A DNA stretch of 64,000 nucleotides from a virus, in IMG/VR virus record IMGVR_UViG_3300045988_182880, positions 1-64,000 of that record; one strand, given 5' to 3'. The position numbers were made by a program, and so were the translations under genes. Below are positions 47,616-57,110 of this stretch, one piece after another. Positions within the stretch are counted from its first letter, which is position 1, and every line of letters starts with the position of its first letter. Below the pieces are notes generated by a model. That model made no database searches. It saw only the letters and a program-made list of their open reading frames with translations, and was not told the DNA's origin.

Positions 47616-49049
47616 ATGGCTGAAATTAAGAACATGCTTGCACAAATCGGTGCAATGCTGACCAAAAAGGAAGATAAACCATTTTCTTACGAAGAACTTG
47701 CAGCAATGCTCAAAACCGACCCGGATGCTCTCAAGACCTTTGATGAAGTTTATAAGACTCAGGTCCTGGAAAGCCGAGAACTGCATGAGAACATGCTCCA
47801 GTGGAATTCGGCTACTATCAAAGCAATCCTCGACAAAAAGGTCTATTTTCCGCCAGAACTCAATTCACTGATTGACCGCATCGTTGATGAACTGATTCCT
47901 GAAACGCGTCTGTATATCTACAATGCGAAACACGGCGGTTATTACGTGAAATACTCTGCCAACCGCGATTTTATGACGGAGGTTACAAACGAGGAGCTCA
48001 ATCGTTATCCTGAGGAACTTCGTCCGCAGCTTACCGGAAAGTTGATGATGGTTGATGTTTCGGAGCCGTCGTACAAGTCACTGCTCCAGAATTACGCAGA
48101 ATACAAGAACGCCAAAAACGACCGCATGAAAATGCTCTACTACAACCTCTTCCGTCAGGGTCTTGATATCCTTGACCTTGACGACTTCACTTATCAGATG
48201 TTGGAGATGAATCCCATTTCTATGGGCTTCTGGCTCCCGCCTCTGGTAGAAGGGCTGTACGGTAACAAGTTCTTCAAAGTGCCGGATACGAAGATTCTTC
48301 ACGTTCCCATCACAATGCTGCAGCTTACCCGTCTTGGCTTTGAGACTCTGAATCCCGTAACGAAAGAAATCGTGAACCGCTATTGCCAGAAAGTCTTCCA
48401 TCTCGACAGACACGAAGATTATTTCATTAAGACGGGCACGTACTCCTCCAAATACGAATTCCGAAACGCTCATATCCACGAGCCTAAGGAAGTCGATGAG
48501 ATGGGCGAGTATTTCCTGCTCCTAAATCATCTGACTTGCTCTATGGCAGCTCCCACGAATAACCGCAGTTTCTACGGCGCAAACACCACCAATGAGTGGG
48601 TTGTCAGAGAATATATCAAGGATAAGGAAAGTAACCCTACTATCTACAACGGTTTGCCACTTCATACCGAATACCGCGTGTTTGTGGATTTCGATATGAA
48701 AGAAATCCTCGGCGTGAGTCCCTATTGGCGCAGCGACGTCATGAAGAACAAGTTCAAGGAAGTAAGCGGTCCTCAGGAGCGTCACGACTATGTCGTCTAC
48801 CTGATGCACGAAGACGTTCTGAACAAGCGCTACAATGAGAGCGTCCAGACCGTTCTGAATGAGATGGAAAAGGTCATTCCTCGAATTAAGCTGACAGGGC
48901 AGTGGAGTATTGATGTGATGCGCAATGGTGATAACTACTATATCATCGACATGGCCCTTGCTGAACATTCCGCTCTGAACGACTGCGTACCGAAGAATCT
49001 GCTTCGAGCTTATCCGCAGCAGTGGCTGCCGGGTGAATCGAACGGCTGA
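47616..49049 (+). CDS. ATP-grasp-like enzyme (phage R2K-type) candidate
   Basis: The C-terminal half contains EYRVFVDFDMKEILGVSPYW and WSIDVMRNGDNYYIIDMALAEHS, resembling ATP-grasp B- and C-domain strands. Confidence 0.45.
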   Translation: MAEIKNMLAQIGAMLTKKEDKPFSYEELAAMLKTDPDALKTFDEVYKTQVLESRELHENMLQWNSATIKAILDKKVYFPPELNSLIDRIVDELIPETRLYIYNAKHGGYYVKYSANRDFMTEVTNEELNRYPEELRPQLTGKLMMVDVSEPSYKSLLQNYAEYKNAKNDRMKMLYYNLFRQGLDILDLDDFTYQMLEMNPISMGFWLPPLVEGLYGNKFFKVPDTKILHVPITMLQLTRLGFETLNPVTKEIVNRYCQKVFHLDRHEDYFIKTGTYSSKYEFRNAHIHEPKEVDEMGEYFLLLNHLTCSMAAPTNNRSFYGANTTNEWVVREYIKDKESNPTIYNGLPLHTEYRVFVDFDMKEILGVSPYWRSDVMKNKFKEVSGPQERHDYVVYLMHEDVLNKRYNESVQTVLNEMEKVIPRIKLTGQWSIDVMRNGDNYYIIDMALAEHSALNDCVPKNLLRAYPQQWLPGESNG

Positions 49050-49085
49050 TTACAAACAACAAATAACATTTTGGAGGGTAAAATT

Positions 49086-50165
49086 ATGGCCACTATTAAC
49101 GACGTAAAATATCTGACAGAAGAAGGAATTTATGAATTTCTTCACAACCCGAACGAAAATTATCTTGAGGGGTTCGCGGTAGATAAGGAACCCGCTTTCT
49201 ATTGCCCTAGCAACTGCGAAGATGGAACGTATCTAAGGCTCTTCAAGGCCCCGGTTAACAGTAGGATGACAGAGTTGCTTATGCAGAATTTTAGATGGAG
49301 CGCACGAGAAGGCTGTTACAACACGCCGCTCCCTGAAGACTGCACAATCAGCTTTAAGCGTGCCGGATTTATTGCCGATTCATCCAAGTTCTGGATTCTG
49401 TCGGATTATCTTCTTAAAGTTTGCCCTAAATTGAAACCTGAATTAACAGATTTCCGTCAGCAGTTTGAACGGGCATTCTGCAAGAAAATTCTCGACGATT
49501 TCAGTATGAGCCGTGACCTAATCAATAGCAAAAAAGCAGAAGGACGTGCAGAGCAGTATGCCATCTATGCTATGCTCAAGAAGAAACCGGTTTATCATGA
49601 ATATGTAATTGACGATGCAATGAGTATTGTTCGCAGTTTTGGCTTTAGAAGCATGGCAAACTATATCCTTGACGCGAATGATTATCTTGAAAGTGCATTA
49701 GCCAACCTCAAAGATAGAGTAATAAGAAGCTTTGTTTTTCAAGGAGTATGGTACAGCAGACGAGCATGTGAATTTCCTAAAAAAGTTGAAGCTGCAAGAC
49801 TGGCTGATAAAATTGCACATACGTTCATTGCTGCCGATAATGACTCTCAACGTATTGCAAAAAGTGTATGTGCATATTGCTCACGGGAACTTAATGATAG
49901 AAAAAACGTGACCATCACGATTGGAACCAGCGATGATAACGGTATTCCCGTTAAAGTTTCTTGCGATACCCTGCTTCATTATGAGCCAACCTCCAAAGAG
50001 ATTTTTATCAATGTCAAATCCGCAAACAAGAATGAGCGTGAAAAAATCAATCAGTACGTAAAAGATAACGGCGCTTTTGTAAGCGAAGACCTTGTTCCAA
50101 TGAACCTTTTACAGTCTGTTATCTCCTACGGTTGGGAACATTGGAATCGAGACTTTCCTGAATAA
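49086..50165 (+). CDS. Hypothetical protein
   Basis: GGAGGG RBS. Long ORF. Confidence 0.4.
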   Translation: MATINDVKYLTEEGIYEFLHNPNENYLEGFAVDKEPAFYCPSNCEDGTYLRLFKAPVNSRMTELLMQNFRWSAREGCYNTPLPEDCTISFKRAGFIADSSKFWILSDYLLKVCPKLKPELTDFRQQFERAFCKKILDDFSMSRDLINSKKAEGRAEQYAIYAMLKKKPVYHEYVIDDAMSIVRSFGFRSMANYILDANDYLESALANLKDRVIRSFVFQGVWYSRRACEFPKKVEAARLADKIAHTFIAADNDSQRIAKSVCAYCSRELNDRKNVTITIGTSDDNGIPVKVSCDTLLHYEPTSKEIFINVKSANKNEREKINQYVKDNGAFVSEDLVPMNLLQSVISYGWEHWNRDFPE

Positions 50166-50315
50166 TAATCCTAGATATTTGTATCATTCATACAAGGCCG
50201 GAAAACTACTGGATTGATTTTCAAAAGCAATGGCAATCAAGACCACTGCCCCGAAAAGGGTAGTGGTCTTATTTTTTTGCACAATATTTACCATAAATTA
50301 CCAGAAAGAAAAACG

Positions 50316-50343
50316 TTGTGCATCTGTGCGAATTGCATATAAT
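50316..50343 (+). promoter_or_regulatory. Promoter with conserved box (h): TTGTGC-16-TATAAT, spacer atCTGTGCGAATTGCa
   Basis: Motif family. It precedes the poly-HTH genes. Confidence 0.5.
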
Positions 50344-50454
50344 ACAAAATATAGAACGAAAGGCATCAAAAAATATCGTTGGTCGGGCAAAATCGGACCA
50401 AAAGGCTAGAGCGGGCTCAGTTTTGAACCTGCTCTTTCTTTTTACGGAGGCTTT

Positions 50455-50982
50455 ATGTCAAACAAAGAAGAACGCATTAACCGCAATAAAAGCATCATCG
50501 AAGATTACAAAAATGGAAAGTCGATTTTAGAAATCTCGTGGAAATATAATCTCTCAGAAACAATGTGCTACAAGATTCTAAAAGGCACGCAGGAGCCGCC
50601 TCGTTATTTTGAAAAAAAGGGGAAGAGACTTACCGCTCGAAATGAGCAAATTGTTAAACAGTATAAAGGCGGTATGACGGCCAGAGAATTGGGCAAGATG
50701 TACGGCATTTCCATGCAGCGTATTTATGCAATCTTGCATTCGAGCGGAGAGTACGAAAGCCAAAAATACAATCATATTGAAACGGCTCTCAAAAAAGAGA
50801 AAAAGATGCGGAACCAAACTTTTCTTGATGCTTACAAGAAAAATCCTCAAAAATCGATTATCGAGTTGAGCAGGGAGGTAAATATCAGCCCTTCACTAGG
50901 TTACCTTATCCTTCATCAAAATGGGATTTACCAGTATAACGTAAAAACCAGAGCCAAGGAGAATAGCGAAAATGCCGATTAA
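50455..50982 (+). CDS. Protein made of three tandem 45-aa HTH modules
   Basis: Three repeats of the type IIEDYKNGKSILEISWKYNLSETMCYKIL. Confidence 0.5.
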   Translation: MSNKEERINRNKSIIEDYKNGKSILEISWKYNLSETMCYKILKGTQEPPRYFEKKGKRLTARNEQIVKQYKGGMTARELGKMYGISMQRIYAILHSSGEYESQKYNHIETALKKEKKMRNQTFLDAYKKNPQKSIIELSREVNISPSLGYLILHQNGIYQYNVKTRAKENSENAD

Positions 50983-51484
50983 CAAGATTACCCACGTGTG
51001 TCTAACTCATGACAAAGTCAAAGCACGAAATGAAAAGATGCTGGAGGATGCCAAGGACGGTATGTCCCAGGAACAGCTGGCTGAAAAGTATCAAATCTGT
51101 GTTTCTACTGTCCGATATAGTCTGAAGGACTTTTACGAAGAACAGGCCCGACAGAAGAAGGCAAAGAAGGAAGCCTGGCAAACCCAGATGATTCATGAAT
51201 ATGAGATGGGCGCAAAATCTCCGGAGCTTCAGGAAAAATACGGCATCAGTGGAACGCTCTTTTATCGGATTCTTCATGCGCACGGAAAGAATGGCCGACA
51301 AATCCACAGCCAAAACCGTATCGAGACTGGCAAGAAAAGAAATGCCGAGATGGTCAGGAAATACAAAAACGGCGTTTCTGTCAAAGAGCTTGCGCAAGAA
51401 TACGGGCTCAAAAAGGGAAGCGTATATCGCGCCATGAAGCGGTATAGTCCAGGCCCCAAAAAAAGCAAAAAGTCGGCAAAGTGA
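50972..51484 (+). CDS. Protein made of three tandem HTH modules
   Basis: Three repeats of the type LEDAKDGMSQEQLAEKYQICVSTVRYSL. Confidence 0.5.
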   Translation: MPINKITHVCLTHDKVKARNEKMLEDAKDGMSQEQLAEKYQICVSTVRYSLKDFYEEQARQKKAKKEAWQTQMIHEYEMGAKSPELQEKYGISGTLFYRILHAHGKNGRQIHSQNRIETGKKRNAEMVRKYKNGVSVKELAQEYGLKKGSVYRAMKRYSPGPKKSKKSAK

Positions 51485-52449
51485 GAGGTGAGTACGTGGT
51501 TGCATCAAAGAAAGATGTTGCGAAGCAGCAGGTAAAAGAAGACCGCGAAAAGGTCCGGGAAATGTATCTTTCTGGCAAAACTGTCAAGGAAATCGCCAAG
51601 GAAACGTATTTTTCAAGCTCTTATTGCTATGCCATGGTGAGAGACCTAGCGAAAGAAAAGAATCTTGCAAAGAAAGCAAAAAGAGCACCTCTCAACGAAG
51701 CTATGATTCAAGATGCGAAAGCCGGGATGACGGTTGCTGAAATCGCAAAGAAGCATGGCGTGACCTATCAGCAGTGCTACTATACTGTTTCTGAATACGC
51801 TCAAGCTACGATTAAGAAGAACAAGAAAAAGCAGTCTGCTGCCACGAAAGTTCGCAATGCGGCTATGTTGGAAGATGCGAAAGCCGGAATGACTGATAAG
51901 GAAATCGCCAAAAAATACTTTTTGTCTCGAAGTAGTGTTCGTACCGTCCTTGCAGGGCATTTACATACAAATTCCAAAAAGTTGGATGAAAGGCGCAAGG
52001 CGATTCTTGCGGATTATGAGGCAGGAACGTCCTCAAAAGACATCTGTGAGAAATACGGTATTTCAAAATCCACTCTTTACAAGGACATGCGCCAAGTTGG
52101 AAAAACCTGTCAGGAATACTATCACAAGGCGCTGAAAGACAAGACCAATCAAAGGAATTCCGATATTCGAAGCAAAATCGAAAGAGGGGTCTCGGTCAGC
52201 ACTATTGCCAAGGAATACGGAATCTCTAAAACGGCGATTTATGAAACCTTTCATCAGGAAAATGTCAGAGCTGGAATTTTGCAGAAACGCGGCCGTCCGC
52301 GAAAAAACACGGAACGTAATGCACTGATTGCTAAACGCCACAGGGAAGGCGAGGCAATACAGGCACTTGCTACCGAATATAATCTCTCTATTTCGACGGT
52401 AAACACTATTTGCAGCAGAAACAAAAATCAGAATATTGCATCATATTAA
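51481..52449 (+). CDS. Protein made of six tandem HTH modules
   Basis: Six repeats of the type (E/Q)DAKAGMT(D/V)KEIAKKY...S(T/S)V(R/Y). Confidence 0.5.
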   Translation: MRGEYVVASKKDVAKQQVKEDREKVREMYLSGKTVKEIAKETYFSSSYCYAMVRDLAKEKNLAKKAKRAPLNEAMIQDAKAGMTVAEIAKKHGVTYQQCYYTVSEYAQATIKKNKKKQSAATKVRNAAMLEDAKAGMTDKEIAKKYFLSRSSVRTVLAGHLHTNSKKLDERRKAILADYEAGTSSKDICEKYGISKSTLYKDMRQVGKTCQEYYHKALKDKTNQRNSDIRSKIERGVSVSTIAKEYGISKTAIYETFHQENVRAGILQKRGRPRKNTERNALIAKRHREGEAIQALATEYNLSISTVNTICSRNKNQNIASY

Positions 52450-52496
52450 CAGGCTGCCATTTGGCGGCCTGTTTCTTTTTTTGGAGGAAAATAACA

Positions 52497-53411
52497 ATGA
52501 CCGATGACGTACGAAATTTGATTCGATTTGTGGTGGATGGCGATATTCGAAATGCACAGACTCAGTGCCGAATCATGCTTGAAAAAAATGTCCCTGAAAA
52601 AGATGCCCGGTTTAAGGAGGCTGAACTCAAAAAGCTGAATCTTCTGAAACCGGAACTCATTCAGCTGCCTGCCAACCTGGAAAGTCTCTTGATTGCGGAA
52701 GATGCCACAAACTTCCCGGAAAGCCGGTTCCTGCTCCTTGAAGAGGAAGAAACTGTCATCAACAAGCTCTTGGCTACCAGAAAAGCAGCTCTTGCCATCA
52801 AGGAGCTTGGCATCCACTATACCTGCTCTTTGCTCTTGACGGGCCTTCCTGGCGTCGGCAAGACCGAATTGGCCCGTTACATTGCACACAAGGCAAATTT
52901 GCCGTTTGTTTTCCTGAAATTCTCTGGCTTGGTCGATTCCGCTCTTGGTCGTACACAGCAGAATATCGGCAGGGTATTCGACTATGCAAAACGCACGCCT
53001 TGCGTTCTCTGTGTTGACGAAATTGATGCCATCGGAATGTGCCGTGGCGGCCGCGATGACGTCGCTGAAATGAGCCGTGTCACCATTGCTTTGATGCAGG
53101 AATTGGACCGGCTCCCAAACGATGTCATTCTCATCGGCACCACTAACCGCGTCGATAATTTGGATGAAGCGCTCATTCGCCGATTTACTTTCAAACACCG
53201 GGTTAAGCCTTTAAGCGACGATGACATGAAAGAGCTGTGCAAGAAGTTCCTTGCTTCGGCAGACTACCCCTTCACGGAATCTGAACTTGACGAGCTCTGT
53301 CATTTGCTCCGTGAGCAGCGGACTGCCAGCGCCGTTGTCAATGCTTGTACAGAACATATCGTTGCACATATCGTATCGCAGATGCCTGAAAATACGGCGG
53401 ATGCCCTGTAA
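52497..53411 (+). CDS. Classical AAA+ ATPase
   Basis: Walker A is GLPGVGKT and Walker B is VLCVDEIDA. The SRH segment IGTTNRVDNLDEALIRRF is present. Confidence 0.75.
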   Translation: MTDDVRNLIRFVVDGDIRNAQTQCRIMLEKNVPEKDARFKEAELKKLNLLKPELIQLPANLESLLIAEDATNFPESRFLLLEEEETVINKLLATRKAALAIKELGIHYTCSLLLTGLPGVGKTELARYIAHKANLPFVFLKFSGLVDSALGRTQQNIGRVFDYAKRTPCVLCVDEIDAIGMCRGGRDDVAEMSRVTIALMQELDRLPNDVILIGTTNRVDNLDEALIRRFTFKHRVKPLSDDDMKELCKKFLASADYPFTESELDELCHLLREQRTASAVVNACTEHIVAHIVSQMPENTADAL

Positions 53412-53415
53412 GGCT

Positions 53416-54114
53416 ATGGTAGCCTGGGAAGAAGGCCCTCGTCAGTTCAAGATGTCCAAGCAGCTTGATGAGGGGAAATTCGGAGAAGACTTGGCTCGCA
53501 AATTCCTCAATGACCCGATTATCAAAGTAAATCATGGCATTAGTCATTACGATGACGTGACTCAGGACAGAACGTACCAGGACAAAGATACGGATTTCAT
53601 TGTCTGGAAAAAGAACGGCAAAACTTTCGGCCTGGAAGCAAAGGTAGACAGTCACAATACCGGAAATCTCTACTTAGAGACCTCAGTGGACTACTTCACC
53701 ATGGTGCCGGACGCCCTGAACGAACAACGGGTAGCGCGGCAGTTTCGGGATGGCATCGACCCTCTATGGCACACCCCCGGCTGGATATACAGGAGTGGTG
53801 CAGACCAGATTTTCTATTATTTTAAGACTACGCAGCTTCTTTACATTTTCTCCCGTGTGGATGTCTGGTTCTATGCCGAAAAGCTGATGCGCGGTGGAAT
53901 CCATCTTGACCCCGAAATCAGAAAACCGAAGATGTATTCGGCCGAAAACACCAGCGAACGTGATGGCTCTACGCTCTTCTTTGCCAATGGCTTATGCGTG
54001 AATGCCGAGCAGACATACAAGGCTTTAGGAGCTCAAAAAAGAGTCATCAAATACCAGGTAGAAAACCCTGATTCAGACGTTCCAACGTTCAGCTTTTGCC
54101 CTTTCAAATTATGA
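53416..54114 (+). CDS. Predicted PD-(D/E)xK-fold nuclease-like protein
   Basis: DKDTDFIVW...GLEAKVD has D...(D)...ExK spacing. It starts 4 nt after the AAA+ gene. Confidence 0.4.
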   Translation: MVAWEEGPRQFKMSKQLDEGKFGEDLARKFLNDPIIKVNHGISHYDDVTQDRTYQDKDTDFIVWKKNGKTFGLEAKVDSHNTGNLYLETSVDYFTMVPDALNEQRVARQFRDGIDPLWHTPGWIYRSGADQIFYYFKTTQLLYIFSRVDVWFYAEKLMRGGIHLDPEIRKPKMYSAENTSERDGSTLFFANGLCVNAEQTYKALGAQKRVIKYQVENPDSDVPTFSFCPFKL

Positions 54115-54198
54115 ATTTTTCGCTAACAATCGTCAAAAAATCACACTTCAGTCTGACGGAAGAGTATAATTAAAGTATGGAAAGAGAGGACAAAAATC

Positions 54199-54627
54199 AT
54201 GAACCAAATCAACGTTGTGACGATTGGAAAACTCATTGAAGCACATCGAGACGGTGACGAGCAGAAGTTCAAAGCATACGTCGATTTTATTGTCAAAGCC
54301 TACGAAGAGCAGGAGAATGACCGTGCCGCACGAATCATTCGAAGCAGCTATACGGGTGACTACGGTGAGCAGGGGAAAGTTGTTCTGGATGAAGCAGGCG
54401 AGCAGACTGTATACTATGAAACGGGTTGGTACGAACCAGAAATTTTAGGTTCTGGTGGTTCCTATCGCGGAGTTACAAAAACAAGCTCGGAGGAAGAAGC
54501 TCTGCAGCGGATTCAGAAGAACGCTGCAAACTACGCACATCGTATCACTGTATATAAGAAAGACGGCAAAACCGTAAAGCGAGAAATTGCCGAGTATGAC
54601 CAGCGAGAAAAAGAATGGTTGGATTAG
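54199..54627 (+). CDS. Hypothetical protein
   Basis: ORF with RBS. Confidence 0.4.
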   Translation: MNQINVVTIGKLIEAHRDGDEQKFKAYVDFIVKAYEEQENDRAARIIRSSYTGDYGEQGKVVLDEAGEQTVYYETGWYEPEILGSGGSYRGVTKTSSEEEALQRIQKNAANYAHRITVYKKDGKTVKREIAEYDQREKEWLD

Positions 54628-55115
54628 TCATGAAGCATAAAATTTCGGAAACCGGCGCTCGGATGCTCAAATATCAGGAGCAGCTTGCCGACGAATACAA
54701 GTATAAACCTATCCCGCGAACTTTCTTCAAGGATGTACGAGCGGAGTTCAAGGAAGCTTTGCCGGAATGGTGCAGCATGTCCGGGGATACGACCAAGCTC
54801 GAAACGAGAAACGGCACGGTCATTGCCAGCGGGTATAACCGAATCGTGATTGGCGACTACGGCGCATTCGTTGAGTTTTCGCGTGCCCAAGCAAATGCAC
54901 GTCATTTGAAAATCAAAGAGGGGCAGAGCTATCGTATCGAAGACCCGCGCTATGCTGAGCACGTCAAGTATCTTTGGCTCACGGCGGACGATGACTCAGA
55001 CGTGAAAGTATATGACCAAAAACGCTTGGTTGAGTACGCTGACTACAAGCCGGGGATGCTGTATGTCAGCGTGTACGAGGTGTTTCCAGCGGAAACTAAT
55101 GCCGGATTATCATGA
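54615..55115 (+). CDS. Hypothetical protein
   Basis: Overlaps the preceding ORF by 13 nt. Confidence 0.4.
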   Translation: MVGLVMKHKISETGARMLKYQEQLADEYKYKPIPRTFFKDVRAEFKEALPEWCSMSGDTTKLETRNGTVIASGYNRIVIGDYGAFVEFSRAQANARHLKIKEGQSYRIEDPRYAEHVKYLWLTADDDSDVKVYDQKRLVEYADYKPGMLYVSVYEVFPAETNAGLS

Positions 55116-55683
55116 CGAGCACTGTGCTTTCGACAGCAAGCCAATCAAGCGTATACAGTGGGTGCGTTTTCTTGGGAAGGACTAACCATAGGGGCAAAAA
55201 GATTCCATTGCCGACCTGTACGCAAAGAGTGGTGCCGTGGTTTCACAGGTGGGTTCGGCTAAAGATTTGCTGACTTTCCTGCAATCTGCCGGAACCACAA
55301 GGCATTTTTGATGCGCTTGCCCAAACCACTAGATATAGTGGTATCTTAATGTTTGTTTACAATTTAGACACTATATATTGTGTCTTTTCATTGACCGGAT
55401 ACCACATATATGGTATAATACAATTGTTCTCAGGAAGAGGAACGGCTCCTGAGACATCAAGGTTTTCCTTTCCCCAATCTTGGTCGCATGGCTTCATTTG
55501 AGCTGACACAGGTGAAGCGTGAAAATCATCCGTTTCATAGTAATATCCTTCCTTTCTTACCTCTTTATTTCCCATTTGGCGCGGGTAACTCCGCGCCAGC
55601 CGTTCAAACAAACAGCCTCCACGCGGCGGACGGTGGACAACAGATGTTTCCGTGTTCCGGGCATCTGGCTAATGTTTGTATTT

Positions 55684-55759
55684 GCTGGTTTAGCTCAGCT
55701 GGTAGAGCAACTGATTTGTAATCAGTCGGTCATCGGTTCAAGTCCGATTTCCAGCTCCA
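55684..55759 (+). tRNA. tRNA-Thr (anticodon UGU); acceptor stem with two U-U mismatches
   Basis: Cloverleaf: D-arm TAGCTCAGCTGGTAGAGCA, anticodon loop TTTGTAA, T-arm GGTTCAAGTCC, and CCA encoded. Confidence 0.7.
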
Positions 55760-56232
55760 GACGCTATCCGTTGGATGTATCGAAATCACATGATACGATG
55801 CTATACACAACATCTGGCGGACAGCATGCCACCCATTAAGGCGGCCTCCTCGTGGCGGGTGGTGGACAGTGACTCTAGCAGTTGCTGACGAATGTCTTAA
55901 AAGCATGCAGACGTACGAGCATCCCCGTTAAGCCGGGGCGCAGCCAGACGCGACACAGCCGTAAAGGCGGGACTGCTGCACGGCAACTGGTAAGTTTCGC
56001 CGCAGTCTCACACACAGCCCAACGACAACCGTTAACCCGATTTGACAGGGAATCAACGACAGGGCTCAAAATTTGAAGTTGACCAACACCCAAGCGCTTT
56101 CTTGGATTCTCACGCATAGTCAACGATGAGATTCGCAAGATTGTCAGGTGGTGTAAAGATGGCGTTCGGGGCCGACTACCTCCTAAACGAACATCATGGC
56201 GGGGCTAAGTGAGGGTTCACCCGCAATCTTAT

Positions 56233-56307
56233 GCAGGTATCGTATAACGGCTAATACTCCGCCCCTCCAAGGCGGAGACGCGGGTTCGACCCCCGCTACT
56301 TGCTCCA
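56233..56307 (+). tRNA. tRNA-Gly-like (anticodon UCC) with C at position 33
   Basis: The cloverleaf fits, the acceptor is gcaggta/tacttgc, and the T-loop is TTCGACC. The anticodon loop is CCTCCAA. Confidence 0.45.
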
Positions 56308-56581
56308 CACGTCGCAGTCACCGTACACCACGACGTTAAACTGGTGAGCATGGTCCACATGTGGTCCGCTGTCGAATGCCAATGGACAGCCTATAAAAGA
56401 ATCGGCAAACAGGTGCTGTGCCTGAGAGTATCCGAAAGTCCCGGTGTCAGTCGCGAATGAGACCGGAAAACGGCGGAGAGGGTACAATACAGACTCCGTC
56501 GGCGTGGCTGCCGAATGGTGCTGGACGCGGGGTTGGCTTCCTCGCTGAAGGGGTGATAACCAGCATAAAACACCCTGCCGT

Positions 56582-56657
56582 GCTAGTGTAGCTCAGTTGG
56601 TAGAGCAGCTGATTCGTAATCAGCAGGCCGTCAGTTCAAATCTGACTATTAGCCCCA
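56582..56657 (+). tRNA. tRNA-Thr (anticodon CGU)
   Basis: Canonical cloverleaf. The loop is TTCGTAA and CCA is encoded. Confidence 0.8.
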
Positions 56658-56696
56658 TTACCCGATGAAACAATAAATAGAAAGGAGATGAAACTT

Positions 56697-57080
56697 ATGG
56701 AACAGGCAATTATCAATGTTGAAGGTACGACTACCATAGAAACCGCTGCAGCAGCAAAAAAGCTGATTATGATGTTTGGCAACCGGAACATCCGCGCCAT
56801 CGCTGTCAACCGTGTAAACGACAAGAGCGACGAGGTCATTGTTGAACTTGATTTCGTACCGGGTTTGGCACCGCATCTGCACGGCTTCACGCTTCAGGTC
56901 AATGGCTTGACCTGCGGTTATGCTGGCACCGGTCCTTCCAATCTGTATGAAGTCCTGCAGGCGGCTGGCGTGAGTGAAGCTCAGGTAGCACGCGAGGACA
57001 TCACTCAGAAGAGCACAAAAACCATTCCTCTGCGCCTGGAACGTGCAGTCACACAGTACGGCGACTTCCAGTTTGCGTAA
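56697..57080 (+). CDS. Hypothetical small protein inside tRNA cluster
   Basis: AAGGAG RBS. A terminator hairpin lies at 57090-57108. Confidence 0.4.
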   Translation: MEQAIINVEGTTTIETAAAAKKLIMMFGNRNIRAIAVNRVNDKSDEVIVELDFVPGLAPHLHGFTLQVNGLTCGYAGTGPSNLYEVLQAAGVSEAQVAREDITQKSTKTIPLRLERAVTQYGDFQFA

Positions 57081-57110
57081 AGCTATTTGGCGGGCTTGAC
57101 CCGCCATCAT

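Noticed and set aside
50318-50530. 70-aa ORF overlapping promoter box h
   Set aside because: It lies in the promoter/5' UTR of the poly-HTH operon and has no RBS, so it is judged spurious.
55760-56232. tmRNA, RNase P RNA or group I intron between tRNA-Thr and the Gly-like tRNA
   Set aside because: The conserved signatures are absent. There is no GGAAAGTCCGG or AGGGTGAAA (RNase P), and no tmRNA 5' GGGG...tag-peptide frame. The tRNA-like 3' end at 56233-56307 is a self-contained 75-nt cloverleaf.
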